From a virus: a DNA stretch of 64,000 nt. The notes below the pieces were generated by a model, which was not told the origin of the DNA, made no database searches, and saw only the letters and a list, made by a program, of their open reading frames with translations. The stretch lies in the IMG/VR virus record IMGVR_UViG_2974637116_000001. One strand, given 5' to 3'. The translations under genes were made by a program, and so were the position numbers. Positions 26,593 through 36,298 of this stretch are shown here, one piece after another. Positions within the stretch are counted from its first letter, which is position 1. The number at the start of each line of letters is the position of its first letter.

Positions 26593-27174
26593 ATGGCAAA
26601 AAGAGGAACAATTGACGATTTTAAAGCAAATGTCGTAGCGGATTTTGCACGTCCCAATCTATTCCAAGTAGACCTCAACTTTCCTACTGGAATCATCAAC
26701 AATTCAGCATTGATTGAACTTGGTAAGTTTACTGTTCGTGCAGCAAATCTTCCTGCCTCTAACATCGGTGTTATTGAAGTTCCTTTCAGAGGAAGAGTCC
26801 TGAAGATTGCAGGCGATAGAACGTTTGAACCCTGGACTATCACTGTTCAGAACGATAGTAGATTTGTGTTGCGTGATGCATTTGAAATCTGGGCATCCAG
26901 TATTCAAGCATACAACGAGAACTTTACTTCTGCTGCTGGTCTTGGTGATCAAGATGACGCAACAGGTTACTTCGCTGACATGACTGTTCACCAGTTAGCA
27001 CGCGATGTTAAAGATGGCGACCAACCCAAAATTCTTAAGTCTTACAGATTCTATAACGTATTCCCCAGCAATATTGCTGCAATCGATCTTGATTTCGGTA
27101 GCAATGATGCGATTGAAGAGTTTACTGTTGAACTTCAGACTCAATATTGGACTCCTGTTAATGCCAATTCCTAA
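26593..27174 (+). CDS. gp19: Tail tube protein gp19
   Basis: 'ARPNLFQV', 'PFRGRVLKIAGDRTFEPW', 'IEEFTV'. Confidence 0.96.
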   Translation: MAKRGTIDDFKANVVADFARPNLFQVDLNFPTGIINNSALIELGKFTVRAANLPASNIGVIEVPFRGRVLKIAGDRTFEPWTITVQNDSRFVLRDAFEIWASSIQAYNENFTSAAGLGDQDDATGYFADMTVHQLARDVKDGDQPKILKSYRFYNVFPSNIAAIDLDFGSNDAIEEFTVELQTQYWTPVNANS

Positions 27175-27180
27175 TGGTTG

Positions 27181-27187
27181 ATAAATA
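27181..27187 (+). promoter_or_regulatory. Late promoter for gp20
   Basis: ATAAATA about 28 nt upstream of the ATG. Confidence 0.7.
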
Positions 27188-27214
27188 GAACAGGACCAAT
27201 AACTCAAGAATATA

Positions 27215-28822
27215 ATGTCTCAGCTCTTCGGTTTTTCACTGGAAAGAGCAAAGAAGGTCCCCAAGGGGCCTTCTTTTGTTCAGAAGGATAACATGGATGG
27301 TTCGCAACCTATTGTAGGTGGCGGATACTATGGATACTCCATCGATATTGATGGTACTGTCCGTAATGACTACGAACTAATTTCTCGTTACAGAGAAATG
27401 GTTCTACAACCAGAGTGCGATAGTGCAGTTGACGATATTGTCAACGAGACTATTTGCGGAAACTTTGATGATGTACCTGTTGAGTTAGAACTTTCCAACT
27501 TGAAGGTATCGGATAAAATTAAAAAATTAATGCGTCAAGAATTTTCGGAAGTTCTCCGTCTTCTTGATTTTGAAAATCGTTCTTACGAAATCTTTCGTAG
27601 GTGGTATGTTGATGGAAGACTATTTTATCATAAAATTATTGACCCTAAAAATCCTGCTGATGGGTTGTTGGAACTTCGTTATATCGATCCTCGTAAGATT
27701 CGTAAGGTTACTGAGTATGAGCAGAAGAAACCTGAGCAAATGCGTGGAGCGGATTTAAATACTCAACTGACACAAAAGTCGGCAGAATATTTCTTATACA
27801 ATCCAAAGGGATTAAAGAATTCTCAGAATCAGGGTATGAAAATTACCCCAGATTCTATTACATATTGCCACTCTGGAATTCAAGACTTAAACAAAAACAT
27901 GACTCTTAGTCACCTGAATAAGGCGATTAAGGCAGTCAACCAACTGAGAATGATTGAAGATTCTCTGGTCATCTATCGTTTAAGTAGAGCACCAGAACGT
28001 AGAATTTTCTACATTGATGTTGGCAATCTTCCTAAGAATAAAGCGGAGCAATATCTTCGCGAAGTTATGGGTCGCTATCGTAATAAGATGGTTTACGATG
28101 CAAACACTGGTGAGATTAAAGACGACAAGAAGTTTATGTCCATGATGGAAGACTTCTGGTTACCTAGACGCGAAGGCGGTCGTGGTACAGAAATCTCCAC
28201 ACTCCCTGGTGGTCAGAACCTTGGAGAACTGGAAGACGTTAAGTATTTCCAGAAGAAACTCTACAAAGCACTCAACGTTCCTGGTTCACGTTTAGAAACA
28301 GAAACGACTTTCAACATTGGTCGTGCTGCTGAAATTACTCGTGATGAAGTTAAGTTCCAGAAGTTTATTGCTAGATTGCGTAAGCGTTTCTCAGAACTGT
28401 TCATTGATTTACTAAAAACTCAACTCATTCTAAAGGGTGTTATTACACTAGAAGAGTGGGAAGAGATGAAAACTCATATCCAATTTGATTATATTGCGGA
28501 TAACTACTTCACAGAACTGAAGGAGATTGAAATTCGTAATGAGCGTATGAATCAAATTAACGTTATGGATCCCTATGTTGGTAAATATTTCTCTGTCGAA
28601 TATATGCGTCGTCAGGTTCTCAAGCAAACTGAGCAGGAGATAATGGAAATTGACGAGCAAATCGCCTCTGAAATGGAAGCAGGTATTATTGCTGATCCTG
28701 CAGCGGAAATGGATCCTGCTATGGATACTGGCGTTGAAGGAGGAGGAGCACCAGCAGCAGAGGTAGCATCCAACGAAGAATCCGCACCTGAACCTAGTGA
28801 TGCACGTAGGGGAGAATTCTAA
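27215..28822 (+). CDS. gp20: Portal protein gp20
   Basis: 'RRWYVDGRL', 'IYRLSRAPERRIFYIDVGNLPK', 'EDFWLPRREGGRGTEISTLPGG'. Confidence 0.98.
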   Translation: MSQLFGFSLERAKKVPKGPSFVQKDNMDGSQPIVGGGYYGYSIDIDGTVRNDYELISRYREMVLQPECDSAVDDIVNETICGNFDDVPVELELSNLKVSDKIKKLMRQEFSEVLRLLDFENRSYEIFRRWYVDGRLFYHKIIDPKNPADGLLELRYIDPRKIRKVTEYEQKKPEQMRGADLNTQLTQKSAEYFLYNPKGLKNSQNQGMKITPDSITYCHSGIQDLNKNMTLSHLNKAIKAVNQLRMIEDSLVIYRLSRAPERRIFYIDVGNLPKNKAEQYLREVMGRYRNKMVYDANTGEIKDDKKFMSMMEDFWLPRREGGRGTEISTLPGGQNLGELEDVKYFQKKLYKALNVPGSRLETETTFNIGRAAEITRDEVKFQKFIARLRKRFSELFIDLLKTQLILKGVITLEEWEEMKTHIQFDYIADNYFTELKEIEIRNERMNQINVMDPYVGKYFSVEYMRRQVLKQTEQEIMEIDEQIASEMEAGIIADPAAEMDPAMDTGVEGGGAPAAEVASNEESAPEPSDARRGEF

Positions 28823-28855
28823 TCTACTAAATAATAGGACAGTGGGAACATTATT

Positions 28856-29167
28856 ATGCCTAGTGATATTGCAAAACAAATCGTTCAACAAATTTATAGT
28901 AACGATAAAGCAGCAGCAATAGATTCAATGAATGATGCATTAGCTGCTTCTACATATGATGCTATCCAACAGCAAAAAGTTAATTTTGCTAAACAGATGG
29001 GATTTGAGTTGGATGATACTGGTCAGAAAACTGCAGATGAAGTTGCGGATCAAATTCCCGACAACACTGAAGTAGCCCAAGAAGTTGAAGTTGATGAACG
29101 CCAACCTCACGAACCACCTACTGAAGAACAACAAGAGGAACCTGTAACCGATGAAACTGATAGCTGA
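28856..29167 (+). CDS. Probable prohead core protein (gp67/68 position), acidic
   Basis: Between gp20 and gp21; CTAAATA late promoter at 28827-33. Confidence 0.6.
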   Translation: MPSDIAKQIVQQIYSNDKAAAIDSMNDALAASTYDAIQQQKVNFAKQMGFELDDTGQKTADEVADQIPDNTEVAQEVEVDERQPHEPPTEEQQEEPVTDETDS

Positions 29168-29798
29168 AGAAATCACATCTGTTGACTTTATTACTGAAGC
29201 AACTGAAGATGGTAAAAAGAATCACTTTATTGAAGGTATCTTTTTGCAAGCCGAAGTAGAAAATCGCAACAATCGTAAGTATATGTTTAAAACATTACAA
29301 CGCGAAGTTGCTAAATATGATGAAAACTTTATTCAAAAAGGGCGGGCCCTTGGTGAATTAGGTCATCCCGATGGTCCTTCTATCAACTTAGATAGAGTAT
29401 CACACAAGATTGAATCTCTCAAAGAAGATGGAAACAACTTCATTGGTAGAGCAAAAATCCTTGATACTCCTATGGGGAACATTGCTAAGAGTCTTATCGG
29501 AGAAGGTGTCAGACTTGGCGTTTCTTCAAGAGGTATGGGTTCTTTAATTAAAAGGGAAGGATGTAGTGTCGTTGCAGACGACTTCATGCTTGCCACTGCT
29601 GCTGATATTGTAGCAGATCCTTCTGCTCCTGATGCATTTGTTGATGGAATTATGGAAGGAAAGGAATGGGTTTGGGATAATGGCATCCTCAAAGAGGCTG
29701 CAATTGCTCAAATCAAAACTGAAATTGATCAAGCAACTCTTATTAACTTGCAGGAACGAAAAGTTTCCGCGTTTTCCCAGTTTCTTAAGAGTCTGTAA
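29151..29798 (+). CDS. gp21: Prohead protease gp21
   Basis: 'NRNNRKY', 'ALGELGHP', 'LGVSSRGMGS', 'DIVADPSAPDAFV'. Confidence 0.96.
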   Translation: MKLIAEEITSVDFITEATEDGKKNHFIEGIFLQAEVENRNNRKYMFKTLQREVAKYDENFIQKGRALGELGHPDGPSINLDRVSHKIESLKEDGNNFIGRAKILDTPMGNIAKSLIGEGVRLGVSSRGMGSLIKREGCSVVADDFMLATAADIVADPSAPDAFVDGIMEGKEWVWDNGILKEAAIAQIKTEIDQATLINLQERKVSAFSQFLKSL

Positions 29799-29800
29799 TT

Positions 29801-29808
29801 TATAAATA
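29801..29808 (+). promoter_or_regulatory. Late promoter for gp22-gp23
   Basis: Exact TATAAATA. Confidence 0.85.
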
Positions 29809-29846
29809 AATAAAGACAACGCTAATGCATAACGGAGTTCAAACAA

Positions 29847-30872
29847 ATGGCTGAGACCTCACTCGATAAAGAGTTAGATAACATGGAAGAAGTGACCGAA
29901 GGTTCTAACGCAGTTACTAAAGATGCCAAACCTGGCGAGAAGATGGATTCTTCTGGCGGTGGTGCAGCAAAAGTAGTTGATGTTACCTCGGATTCCATGG
30001 AAGGTGCAAAGGGCACCAAAAATGCAGGAGCATCTGCTGCTAAGGCAGTAGGTAAAGCACCTGTTCCTGGCACCAAGCCAAGTGACGCATCTGCTAAAAT
30101 GGAGGACGTAGAGGAAGATGGCGAAGAAACGATCGCTGAAACCGAGTACGACTTTACTGAAGATGTTGACGCTCTTGTCGCTGGTGAAGAACTCTCAGAA
30201 GAGTTCCGTTTAAAAGCAGCAACTATTTTTGAAGCGGCAGTAACCTCTAAGGTTAATGCTGAAGTTGCAGCGTTACAAGAAGCATTTGAATCTACACTGA
30301 CTGAAGAAGTCGAAAAGATTCAAACAGAATTGGCCGAGAAGGTAGACGATTACCTCACTTATGCCGCTGAATCATGGATGAAAGAAAATTCTCTCCAGAT
30401 TGAGCATGGCATTAAGACTGAGATGGCAGAGTCTTTCTTCAACGGCCTAAAAGGTCTTTTCTTAGAGCACAACTTTACGGTGCCCGAAGAAAAGTTCAAC
30501 CTGCTTGACGGCATGGTTGAAGAGATTGATGATATGGAAGCTAAACTCAACGAGCAAATCGACGCTAACGTCTCCTTGAATAAGAGAATTGGCGAGTTTG
30601 TCAAAATGGAAATTGTGAACGAATGCGCTACTGGTCTTGCCGAAACCCAAAAGGAAAGGCTTCACCAACTAGCAGAGGGTGTTGAGTTTGAAACTGAAGA
30701 AGACTTTCAAAAGAAGGTCGAAACGATTAAGGAATCCTACTTCACTAGAAAGGCTGAACTTGCAGAGTCTGTAAGCGACCCCAGTGTAGAAGCAGCGGAA
30801 CCCCTTGTCGAAGAAACAACGAGCGGCTCGATGTCGAAATACGTCGATGCAATTGCCCGTTGGTCCAAATAA
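29847..30872 (+). CDS. gp22: Prohead scaffold protein gp22
   Basis: Acidic coiled coil with 'KAATIFEAAV', 'LAEKVDDYL', 'IKESYF'. Confidence 0.95.
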   Translation: MAETSLDKELDNMEEVTEGSNAVTKDAKPGEKMDSSGGGAAKVVDVTSDSMEGAKGTKNAGASAAKAVGKAPVPGTKPSDASAKMEDVEEDGEETIAETEYDFTEDVDALVAGEELSEEFRLKAATIFEAAVTSKVNAEVAALQEAFESTLTEEVEKIQTELAEKVDDYLTYAAESWMKENSLQIEHGIKTEMAESFFNGLKGLFLEHNFTVPEEKFNLLDGMVEEIDDMEAKLNEQIDANVSLNKRIGEFVKMEIVNECATGLAETQKERLHQLAEGVEFETEEDFQKKVETIKESYFTRKAELAESVSDPSVEAAEPLVEETTSGSMSKYVDAIARWSK

Positions 30873-30906
30873 TTGTAAACTCTATCTACTAAAACTGGAA
30901 ATTAAA

Positions 30907-32280
30907 ATGTCTATTAAACACCTCCAGGAGAAGTGGGCACCCGTTCTGAATCACGATGCTCTTCCTGAGATCACCGATTCCCACAAGCGCGGCGTTGTTG
31001 CACAACTCCTTGAAAACCAAGAAAGAGCACAAGTTGAAGAGTCCCAGATTCTTAACGAAACTCTCCAAACAACTGGCTACACTGGTGGCGCTACAGCAAC
31101 TGGTCCTGTTGCAGGTTTCGACCCTGTACTGATCAGTCTCATCCGTCGCTCCATGCCTCAGCTTATCGCTTATGATATTGCTGGCGTTCAACCGATGACT
31201 GGTCCTACTGGACTTATCTTCGCAATGCGTACCAACTACGGTAGCGAGCGTGCTCCTGCTGCATCTGGTTACGACGAAGCATTCTTCAACGAGCCTAACG
31301 CTGGTTTCTCTGGCGGTCCTGGTGCATACGATCCTGGTGCGTCTGACGCAACCAACGACGCCCAAGGCAACAACCCTGCACTTCTCAACGATTCCCCTGC
31401 TGGAACCTACGAGCAAGCAGACGACGCCACTGGCATGACCACGGCAACTGTTGAAGCACTTGACGATGGTTCATCCAGCACGGCATTCCGTGAGATGGGT
31501 TTCTCCATCGAGAAGGTTACAGTAACTGCTCGTGCTCGCGCCCTGAAGGCTGAGTACAGTTTAGAACTGGCACAAGACCTCAAGGCAATTCATGGTTTGG
31601 ATGCCGAGCAAGAGCTCAGCAACATCCTCTCCACTGAGATCCTTGCTGAAATCAACCGTGAGGTTGTTCGTACCGTCTACACAAACGCTGTTGCTGGTGC
31701 TCAGAACAATACCGCTAACGCTGGTATCTTTGACCTTGACGTTGACTCCAACGGTCGCTGGTCTGTTGAGAAGTTCAAAGGACTTCTGTTCCAAATCGAG
31801 CGCGATTCTAACGCTATCGGACAGCAAACTCGTCGTGGCAAGGGCAACATCCTGATCTGTTCTGCCGACGTTGCTTCTGCACTGGGCATGGCTGGTGTAC
31901 TTGACTACACTCCTGCTCTTGCTGGTAACAACGGTCTTGCAGGTGTTGATGATACCTCCAGCACACTGGTTGGTACTCTCAACGGCAAGATCAAGGTCTA
32001 TGTTGATCCTTACTCTGCTAACGTTGCTGACAAGCACTTCTACGTTGCTGGTTATAAGGGCACTTCACCTTATGACGCTGGTCTGTTCTATTGCCCATAC
32101 GTTCCTCTTCAGCAGGTTCGTGCAATCAACCCTGACACCTTCCAACCAAAAATTGGATTCAAGACTCGCTACGGCATGGTCTCCAATCCTTTCTCTGGTG
32201 GTCTTACCCAAGGCAGTGGCGCTCTTACCGCCAACGCTAACAAGTACTACCGTCGTGTACAGGTTACGAACCTTATGTGA
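30907..32280 (+). CDS. gp23: Major capsid protein gp23
   Basis: 'LQEKWAPVL', 'AGVQPMTGPTGLIFAMR', 'RALKAEYS', 'FQPKIGFKTRYG'. Start re-assigned to MSIKHL at 30907. Confidence 0.98.
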   Translation: MSIKHLQEKWAPVLNHDALPEITDSHKRGVVAQLLENQERAQVEESQILNETLQTTGYTGGATATGPVAGFDPVLISLIRRSMPQLIAYDIAGVQPMTGPTGLIFAMRTNYGSERAPAASGYDEAFFNEPNAGFSGGPGAYDPGASDATNDAQGNNPALLNDSPAGTYEQADDATGMTTATVEALDDGSSSTAFREMGFSIEKVTVTARARALKAEYSLELAQDLKAIHGLDAEQELSNILSTEILAEINREVVRTVYTNAVAGAQNNTANAGIFDLDVDSNGRWSVEKFKGLLFQIERDSNAIGQQTRRGKGNILICSADVASALGMAGVLDYTPALAGNNGLAGVDDTSSTLVGTLNGKIKVYVDPYSANVADKHFYVAGYKGTSPYDAGLFYCPYVPLQQVRAINPDTFQPKIGFKTRYGMVSNPFSGGLTQGSGALTANANKYYRRVQVTNLM

Positions 32281-32302
32281 TCCATCAGGATACACAACTA
32301 CT

Positions 32303-32325
32303 GGACCCTTCGGGGTCCTTTTTTT
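32303..32325 (+). terminator. Rho-independent terminator after gp23
   Basis: GGACCC-TTCG-GGGTCC followed by T7. Confidence 0.9.
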
Positions 32326-32369
32326 ATGCCTAGGTATAAGTTAGTAGGCAATAATATTCGTTGCATAAA

Positions 32370-32409
32370 GTCAGTAATTCCTGACATACTAACCTAGATA
32401 GTATAGAAT
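32370..32409 (+). promoter_or_regulatory. Host-type sigma70 promoter with an inverted repeat over the -35
   Basis: CTGACA (32381-86), 17 nt, TAGAAT (32404-09). GTCAG-N6-CTGAC palindrome at 32370-85. Confidence 0.6.
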
Positions 32410-32475
32410 TACGAGGTGAACAAATGACCCCAAATTTGAACTACATTATGAATCGCAGTTACACACAGAAAAACC

Positions 32476-32634
32476 ATGAACAATCTCGCTTCTAGAAATC
32501 AATTATACGAATGGTCACACTTTGAGGATTCTACCGAATTAGAAAAAATAAACGATTACTACGAATGTCTAATTGAATGTACCGATACACACCAAGCATC
32601 ATGTAAACGAATCTGTAAGGAAGTGCTTATGTAA
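32476..32634 (+). CDS. Cys-rich microprotein (52 aa), not in the ORF track
   Basis: MNNLASRNQLYEWSHFEDSTELEKINDYYECLIECTDTHQASCKRICKEVLM, with two Cx3C motifs and its own promoter and terminator. Confidence 0.75.
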   Translation: MNNLASRNQLYEWSHFEDSTELEKINDYYECLIECTDTHQASCKRICKEVLM

Positions 32635-32670
32635 ATTGCATACATACTATACCGTGTGAAGGAAGTGAAC

Positions 32671-32697
32671 GAGGTCTCTATTGGGACCTCTTTTTTT
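32671..32697 (+). terminator. Rho-independent terminator
   Basis: GAGGTCTC-TATT-GGGACCTC followed by T7. Confidence 0.85.
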
Positions 32698-32731
32698 GCA
32701 CCTAAATACTATTGTTGAATATCGGAATTGA

Positions 32732-33280
32732 ATGGCCAATTGGTACGAAGACCAAATTACAAATAGAAATTTTCTTTCTCCTATTGGATTTTTGTTTATC
32801 CTTGATAAGGCACAGAAAGTTTCATTTTTATGCCAGAGAGCAGAGATTCCAACCATCCAACTAGGAGATGTTCAGATTCCAACTAGAGGATTGGTTCCTA
32901 TTCCAGTAGAAGGGAACATGAGATATAGTGATTTCAGTATTGAATTTATTGTAGATGAAGACCTTGAAAACTATATGCAAATTCATAATTGGATGCGAGC
33001 ATTAGGTACTCCCCAAGAACTTAAAGAAAGAAAAGTTTGGAGAGAGAAGCATGCACTTACCGCAACTCAAGATCCAAGATTTTCAGATGCAACACTTCAA
33101 GTTTTAAACAATAACAATATTGCAAACTTTGATGTTGTCTTTAAAGATTTATTCCCATCAGACTTATCTACACTAGCATTTGATGTTACTGGGAGTGATA
33201 ATGATTACTTTACAGCAACGGCAACATTTAAGTATACTCTATATGAAATCAGAAACGTCAACAGTCAGACTAGAAGATGA
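32732..33280 (+). CDS. gp3: Tail tube terminator / tail completion protein gp3
   Basis: 'NFLSPIGF', 'FIVDEDLENY..IHNW', 'FSDATL', 'FKDLFP'. CTAAATA at 32702-08. Confidence 0.85.
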   Translation: MANWYEDQITNRNFLSPIGFLFILDKAQKVSFLCQRAEIPTIQLGDVQIPTRGLVPIPVEGNMRYSDFSIEFIVDEDLENYMQIHNWMRALGTPQELKERKVWREKHALTATQDPRFSDATLQVLNNNNIANFDVVFKDLFPSDLSTLAFDVTGSDNDYFTATATFKYTLYEIRNVNSQTRR

Positions 33281-33450
33281 ATAGTTGGAAGACAAGAGCA
33301 TTAGCAGACCCCAATTTAAAATACAAATATGCTAGACTAATAATGAACGGACCCAAGTCCTTATCACAGGCTTGGATTTTACAAGGACTTAAATTTAAAT
33401 ATTGTCATGAATTTGGAAACACTACAGGAACAGTGGAGAACGGATTGTAA
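33277..33450 (+). CDS. Small hypothetical protein (57 aa)
   Basis: ATGA-coupled to gp3: MNSWKTRALADPNLKYKYARLIMNGPKSLSQAW...; its tail overlaps uvsY. Confidence 0.5.
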   Translation: MNSWKTRALADPNLKYKYARLIMNGPKSLSQAWILQGLKFKYCHEFGNTTGTVENGL

Positions 33451-33835
33451 ACTAGATGATGATTTGCATGACAATGACTCTATAGCAATTCCACAACTTC
33501 ATATGAAATATATGGAGTTTCATAATATGTTTTCTCTTATGAAAAAGGAGAGGGCGATTGAAATGAAACGTCTCATTAAAGATAAATGGTTGTATTACAA
33601 AGGTAAAGCACCCTCAACCATATACAAAGAGATGCCGTTTGATCTCAAACTTACAACTAAAGAAGAAATCTCAATGTTCATCGAAGCAGATGAAGAGATT
33701 GGAAAACTACAATTTAAAATAGACTATATAGAGCAAGTCCTCTTCTTTCTAGATGGTGTGCTGCGGATGATTAACAACCGTACATATCATATTAAAAATG
33801 CTATTGAATGGAAAAGGTTTCAATCTGGTATGTAA
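33407..33835 (+). CDS. uvsY: Recombination mediator UvsY
   Basis: 'PQLHMKY', 'KWLYYKGKA', 'FIEADEEI', 'IKNAIEW'; next to uvsW. Confidence 0.9.
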   Translation: MNLETLQEQWRTDCKLDDDLHDNDSIAIPQLHMKYMEFHNMFSLMKKERAIEMKRLIKDKWLYYKGKAPSTIYKEMPFDLKLTTKEEISMFIEADEEIGKLQFKIDYIEQVLFFLDGVLRMINNRTYHIKNAIEWKRFQSGM

Positions 33836-34386
33836 TGAATTACGGTCTATATTATAAAGAAGTTTCTTTTAATCGCCAGTCGATGCAGGTAGTCAATACT
33901 GCATTAACTGGCAGTTCTTTTAAGTGGGAAGATGGTCGGTTGTACGACCAAAGAAATGAAACAAAACGAAAATCTAAAATAGCATGGGTAAAAGACGAGC
34001 AGTTATATATCATGCTACTGAAGATGGTCAAGCAGGTTAATAGAAACGCTGGATGGAACTTTAATATTACTGGAGTTGAACCTATTCAATATGGATTATA
34101 TGAACCAGGAGGTACATATAATTGGCACGTAGATCAACACCCAAGACCTGTTAGAGGTAACGTAAGAAAGATTAGTATGTCACTCTTCCTAAACGATGAC
34201 TACGAGGGAGGAGAGTTTGATTTGGAGATATATAGTCCAGGGGTAGAACCTAGGTATAAATCGTTTAAAACAAAACCAGGAACTGCCGTCTTTTTTCAAG
34301 GTGATCAATGGCACAGGGTTAGACCTGTATCATCAGGATTGCGTAAATCTCTTGTAGCATGGTTTTATGGACCTCCGTATTCGTAA
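33835..34386 (+). CDS. 2OG-Fe(II) oxygenase
   Basis: 'YNWHVD', 'RKISMSLFLNDDYEGGEF', 'WHRVRPV...RKSLVAW'. Confidence 0.88.
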   Translation: MNYGLYYKEVSFNRQSMQVVNTALTGSSFKWEDGRLYDQRNETKRKSKIAWVKDEQLYIMLLKMVKQVNRNAGWNFNITGVEPIQYGLYEPGGTYNWHVDQHPRPVRGNVRKISMSLFLNDDYEGGEFDLEIYSPGVEPRYKSFKTKPGTAVFFQGDQWHRVRPVSSGLRKSLVAWFYGPPYS

Positions 34387-35833
34387 AAAGAATGAAGTTT
34401 ATCTTAAGATTGAGGCAGAACCTCACATTAATTATGAACTAGCAGATTATTTTTGTTTTGAAGTTGAGTCTGCAAAGTATATGCAGAAGCAACGCCGTTG
34501 GAAAGGGTGGGACGGAAAGATTCGTTTATACTCACCTGCAACAGGAGAAATCTATTGTGGTCTCTTAGACTATCTTTTAGAGTGGGCAGATGAAAAGAAG
34601 TACAAATATAAATTTGATGACTGTAAGTTCTTTGGTCACCCATTAGAACAGAATGAGATGATCACTCCTCGGGGCGTTGCAGGTTTTGTAAAATCTCTTC
34701 GCTTACCATATCCCGTTCGGGATTATCAATATAAAGCAATATACGAGGCACTAAAATATAATAGGCGACTTTTATTGTCACCAACAGCTTCTGGAAAGTC
34801 TCTGATGATTTATGCATTAGTACGCTTTCATGCAAATGCAGACAGAAATATTTTAATTGTTGTTCCAACTACATCTCTAGTAGAGCAGATGTACAAGGAC
34901 TTTCATGAATACGGATGGATGTGTGCCGAAAACTGCCACAAAATATATGCGGGGGCAGAAAAATATACGGACCATCAGGTGGTAATTACCACTTGGCAAT
35001 CTATCTATAAGGAACCTCGTAAGTGGTTTGACAGGTTCGATGTAGTCATCGGTGACGAGGCACACCTTTTCAAAGCTAAATCTCTTACGTCTCTGATGGG
35101 TAAGTTGCATGAATGTAAATATCGTATTGGATTTACAGGAACTCTTGACGGTGCAAATGTCAATCAGTTAGTTCTGGAAGGTGTGTTCGGTAGATGCTCA
35201 CAAGTGACACGAACTGCACAACTAATGCAAGAAGGGCATGTTGCTAAGTTGAAGGTAAAGATTGTTCTATTGAAGCATGAAGAGAAACTGTTTGAAGGTT
35301 ATCAAGATGAGATCGGATATCTTGTAGAACATGAAGGTAGAAATAAATTTATTCGCAATCTTGCCTGTGATTTAAAGGGAAACACTCTAGTCCTTTTCAA
35401 CTATGTAGAACGCCATGGAGTGCCTCTTTACGAGATGATAAATAGTTACACCGAAAGACCAGTACATTTCGTACATGGTGGAGTAGATGTTAATGACCGT
35501 GAAGACATCAGACTATTAACCGAACAATCTGATAATGCCATCATCGTTGCTTCATATGGTACGTTTTCTACAGGAATCAACATCAAAAGATTACACAACG
35601 TTATCTTCGCAAGTCCTTCAAAGTCCAGAGTTCGCAACCTACAATCTATTGGTCGTGTTCTAAGGAAAGGCGAAAATAAATCTCAAGCAACGTTATACGA
35701 CCTTGCAGATGATATCTCTACTGACAGAGGTAACAACTATACACTCAACCATTTAATGGAAAGAGTTAAAGTCTATAACGAAGAAAAATTTAACTACGAA
35801 ATCATAGATGTAAAAGTAAAAACTTATGATTAA
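34367..35833 (+). CDS. uvsW: RNA-DNA/DNA-DNA helicase UvsW
   Basis: 'SPTASGKS', 'IGDEAH', 'GFTGTL', 'LQSIGRVLR'. Confidence 0.96.
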   Translation: MDLRIRKKNEVYLKIEAEPHINYELADYFCFEVESAKYMQKQRRWKGWDGKIRLYSPATGEIYCGLLDYLLEWADEKKYKYKFDDCKFFGHPLEQNEMITPRGVAGFVKSLRLPYPVRDYQYKAIYEALKYNRRLLLSPTASGKSLMIYALVRFHANADRNILIVVPTTSLVEQMYKDFHEYGWMCAENCHKIYAGAEKYTDHQVVITTWQSIYKEPRKWFDRFDVVIGDEAHLFKAKSLTSLMGKLHECKYRIGFTGTLDGANVNQLVLEGVFGRCSQVTRTAQLMQEGHVAKLKVKIVLLKHEEKLFEGYQDEIGYLVEHEGRNKFIRNLACDLKGNTLVLFNYVERHGVPLYEMINSYTERPVHFVHGGVDVNDREDIRLLTEQSDNAIIVASYGTFSTGINIKRLHNVIFASPSKSRVRNLQSIGRVLRKGENKSQATLYDLADDISTDRGNNYTLNHLMERVKVYNEEKFNYEIIDVKVKTYD

Positions 35834-36272
35834 CTACGCAAAACATGATGAAGAATTCCATGCAGTGATCAAACTTCTTAATGGTGAAGAAGTTCTAGGT
35901 AAAGCAGTTCTCACTGAAGATGCAGGTGAAAGTCTGTGCTTCATTTCTAGACCTGTACAAATACAAAGTGTAACCAAAGAACTTCCTGATGGTAAAATTA
36001 TCAAGGGAATGGGATTTGCTGAATGGATGCAACTTTCTGATGAAGACTTTTTTATTATTAGAGAGAAAGATATCGTTGCCGTTGCTTCTATGAGCAAAGC
36101 GGTTCAAATGATGTATCAATCTTATATTGATGATGAAGAAGATCTTACAGAGAGTGTCAGACAAAAAAACTTAAGAGAGAATAAACTTCATGTAGATCCT
36201 GATACCAAAATGGGTTATCTAGGAAAGATTAATGAAGCAAGAAAACTCTTTGAAAGAATCTATAAGAGCTAG
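35826..36272 (+). CDS. Hypothetical Sm/SH3-like barrel protein (paralog 1)
   Basis: 'VIKLLNGEEVLG' and 'GFAEWMQLSDEDFFII' are shared with three other ORFs in this window. Confidence 0.6.
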   Translation: MINYAKHDEEFHAVIKLLNGEEVLGKAVLTEDAGESLCFISRPVQIQSVTKELPDGKIIKGMGFAEWMQLSDEDFFIIREKDIVAVASMSKAVQMMYQSYIDDEEDLTESVRQKNLRENKLHVDPDTKMGYLGKINEARKLFERIYKS

Positions 36273-36298
36273 ATCAACCTCTGAACCCTTACAGTGTT

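Noticed and set aside
30805-30906. N-terminal extension of gp23 in the ORF track
   Set aside because: Overlaps the gp22 end and the intergenic spacer. The family-typical start is MSIKHLQEKW at 30907.
30889-32295. Long minus-strand ORFs opposite gp23 (and similar ones opposite gp18, gp20, gp43 and the fibre gene)
   Set aside because: Shadow ORFs from the strong codon bias of highly expressed + strand genes. No RBS, promoter or recognisable motif.
32334-32389. Possible NtcA box upstream of the Cys microprotein
   Set aside because: No GTA-N8-TAC; the closest matches are GTA-N8-TAT and GTA-N10-TAC.
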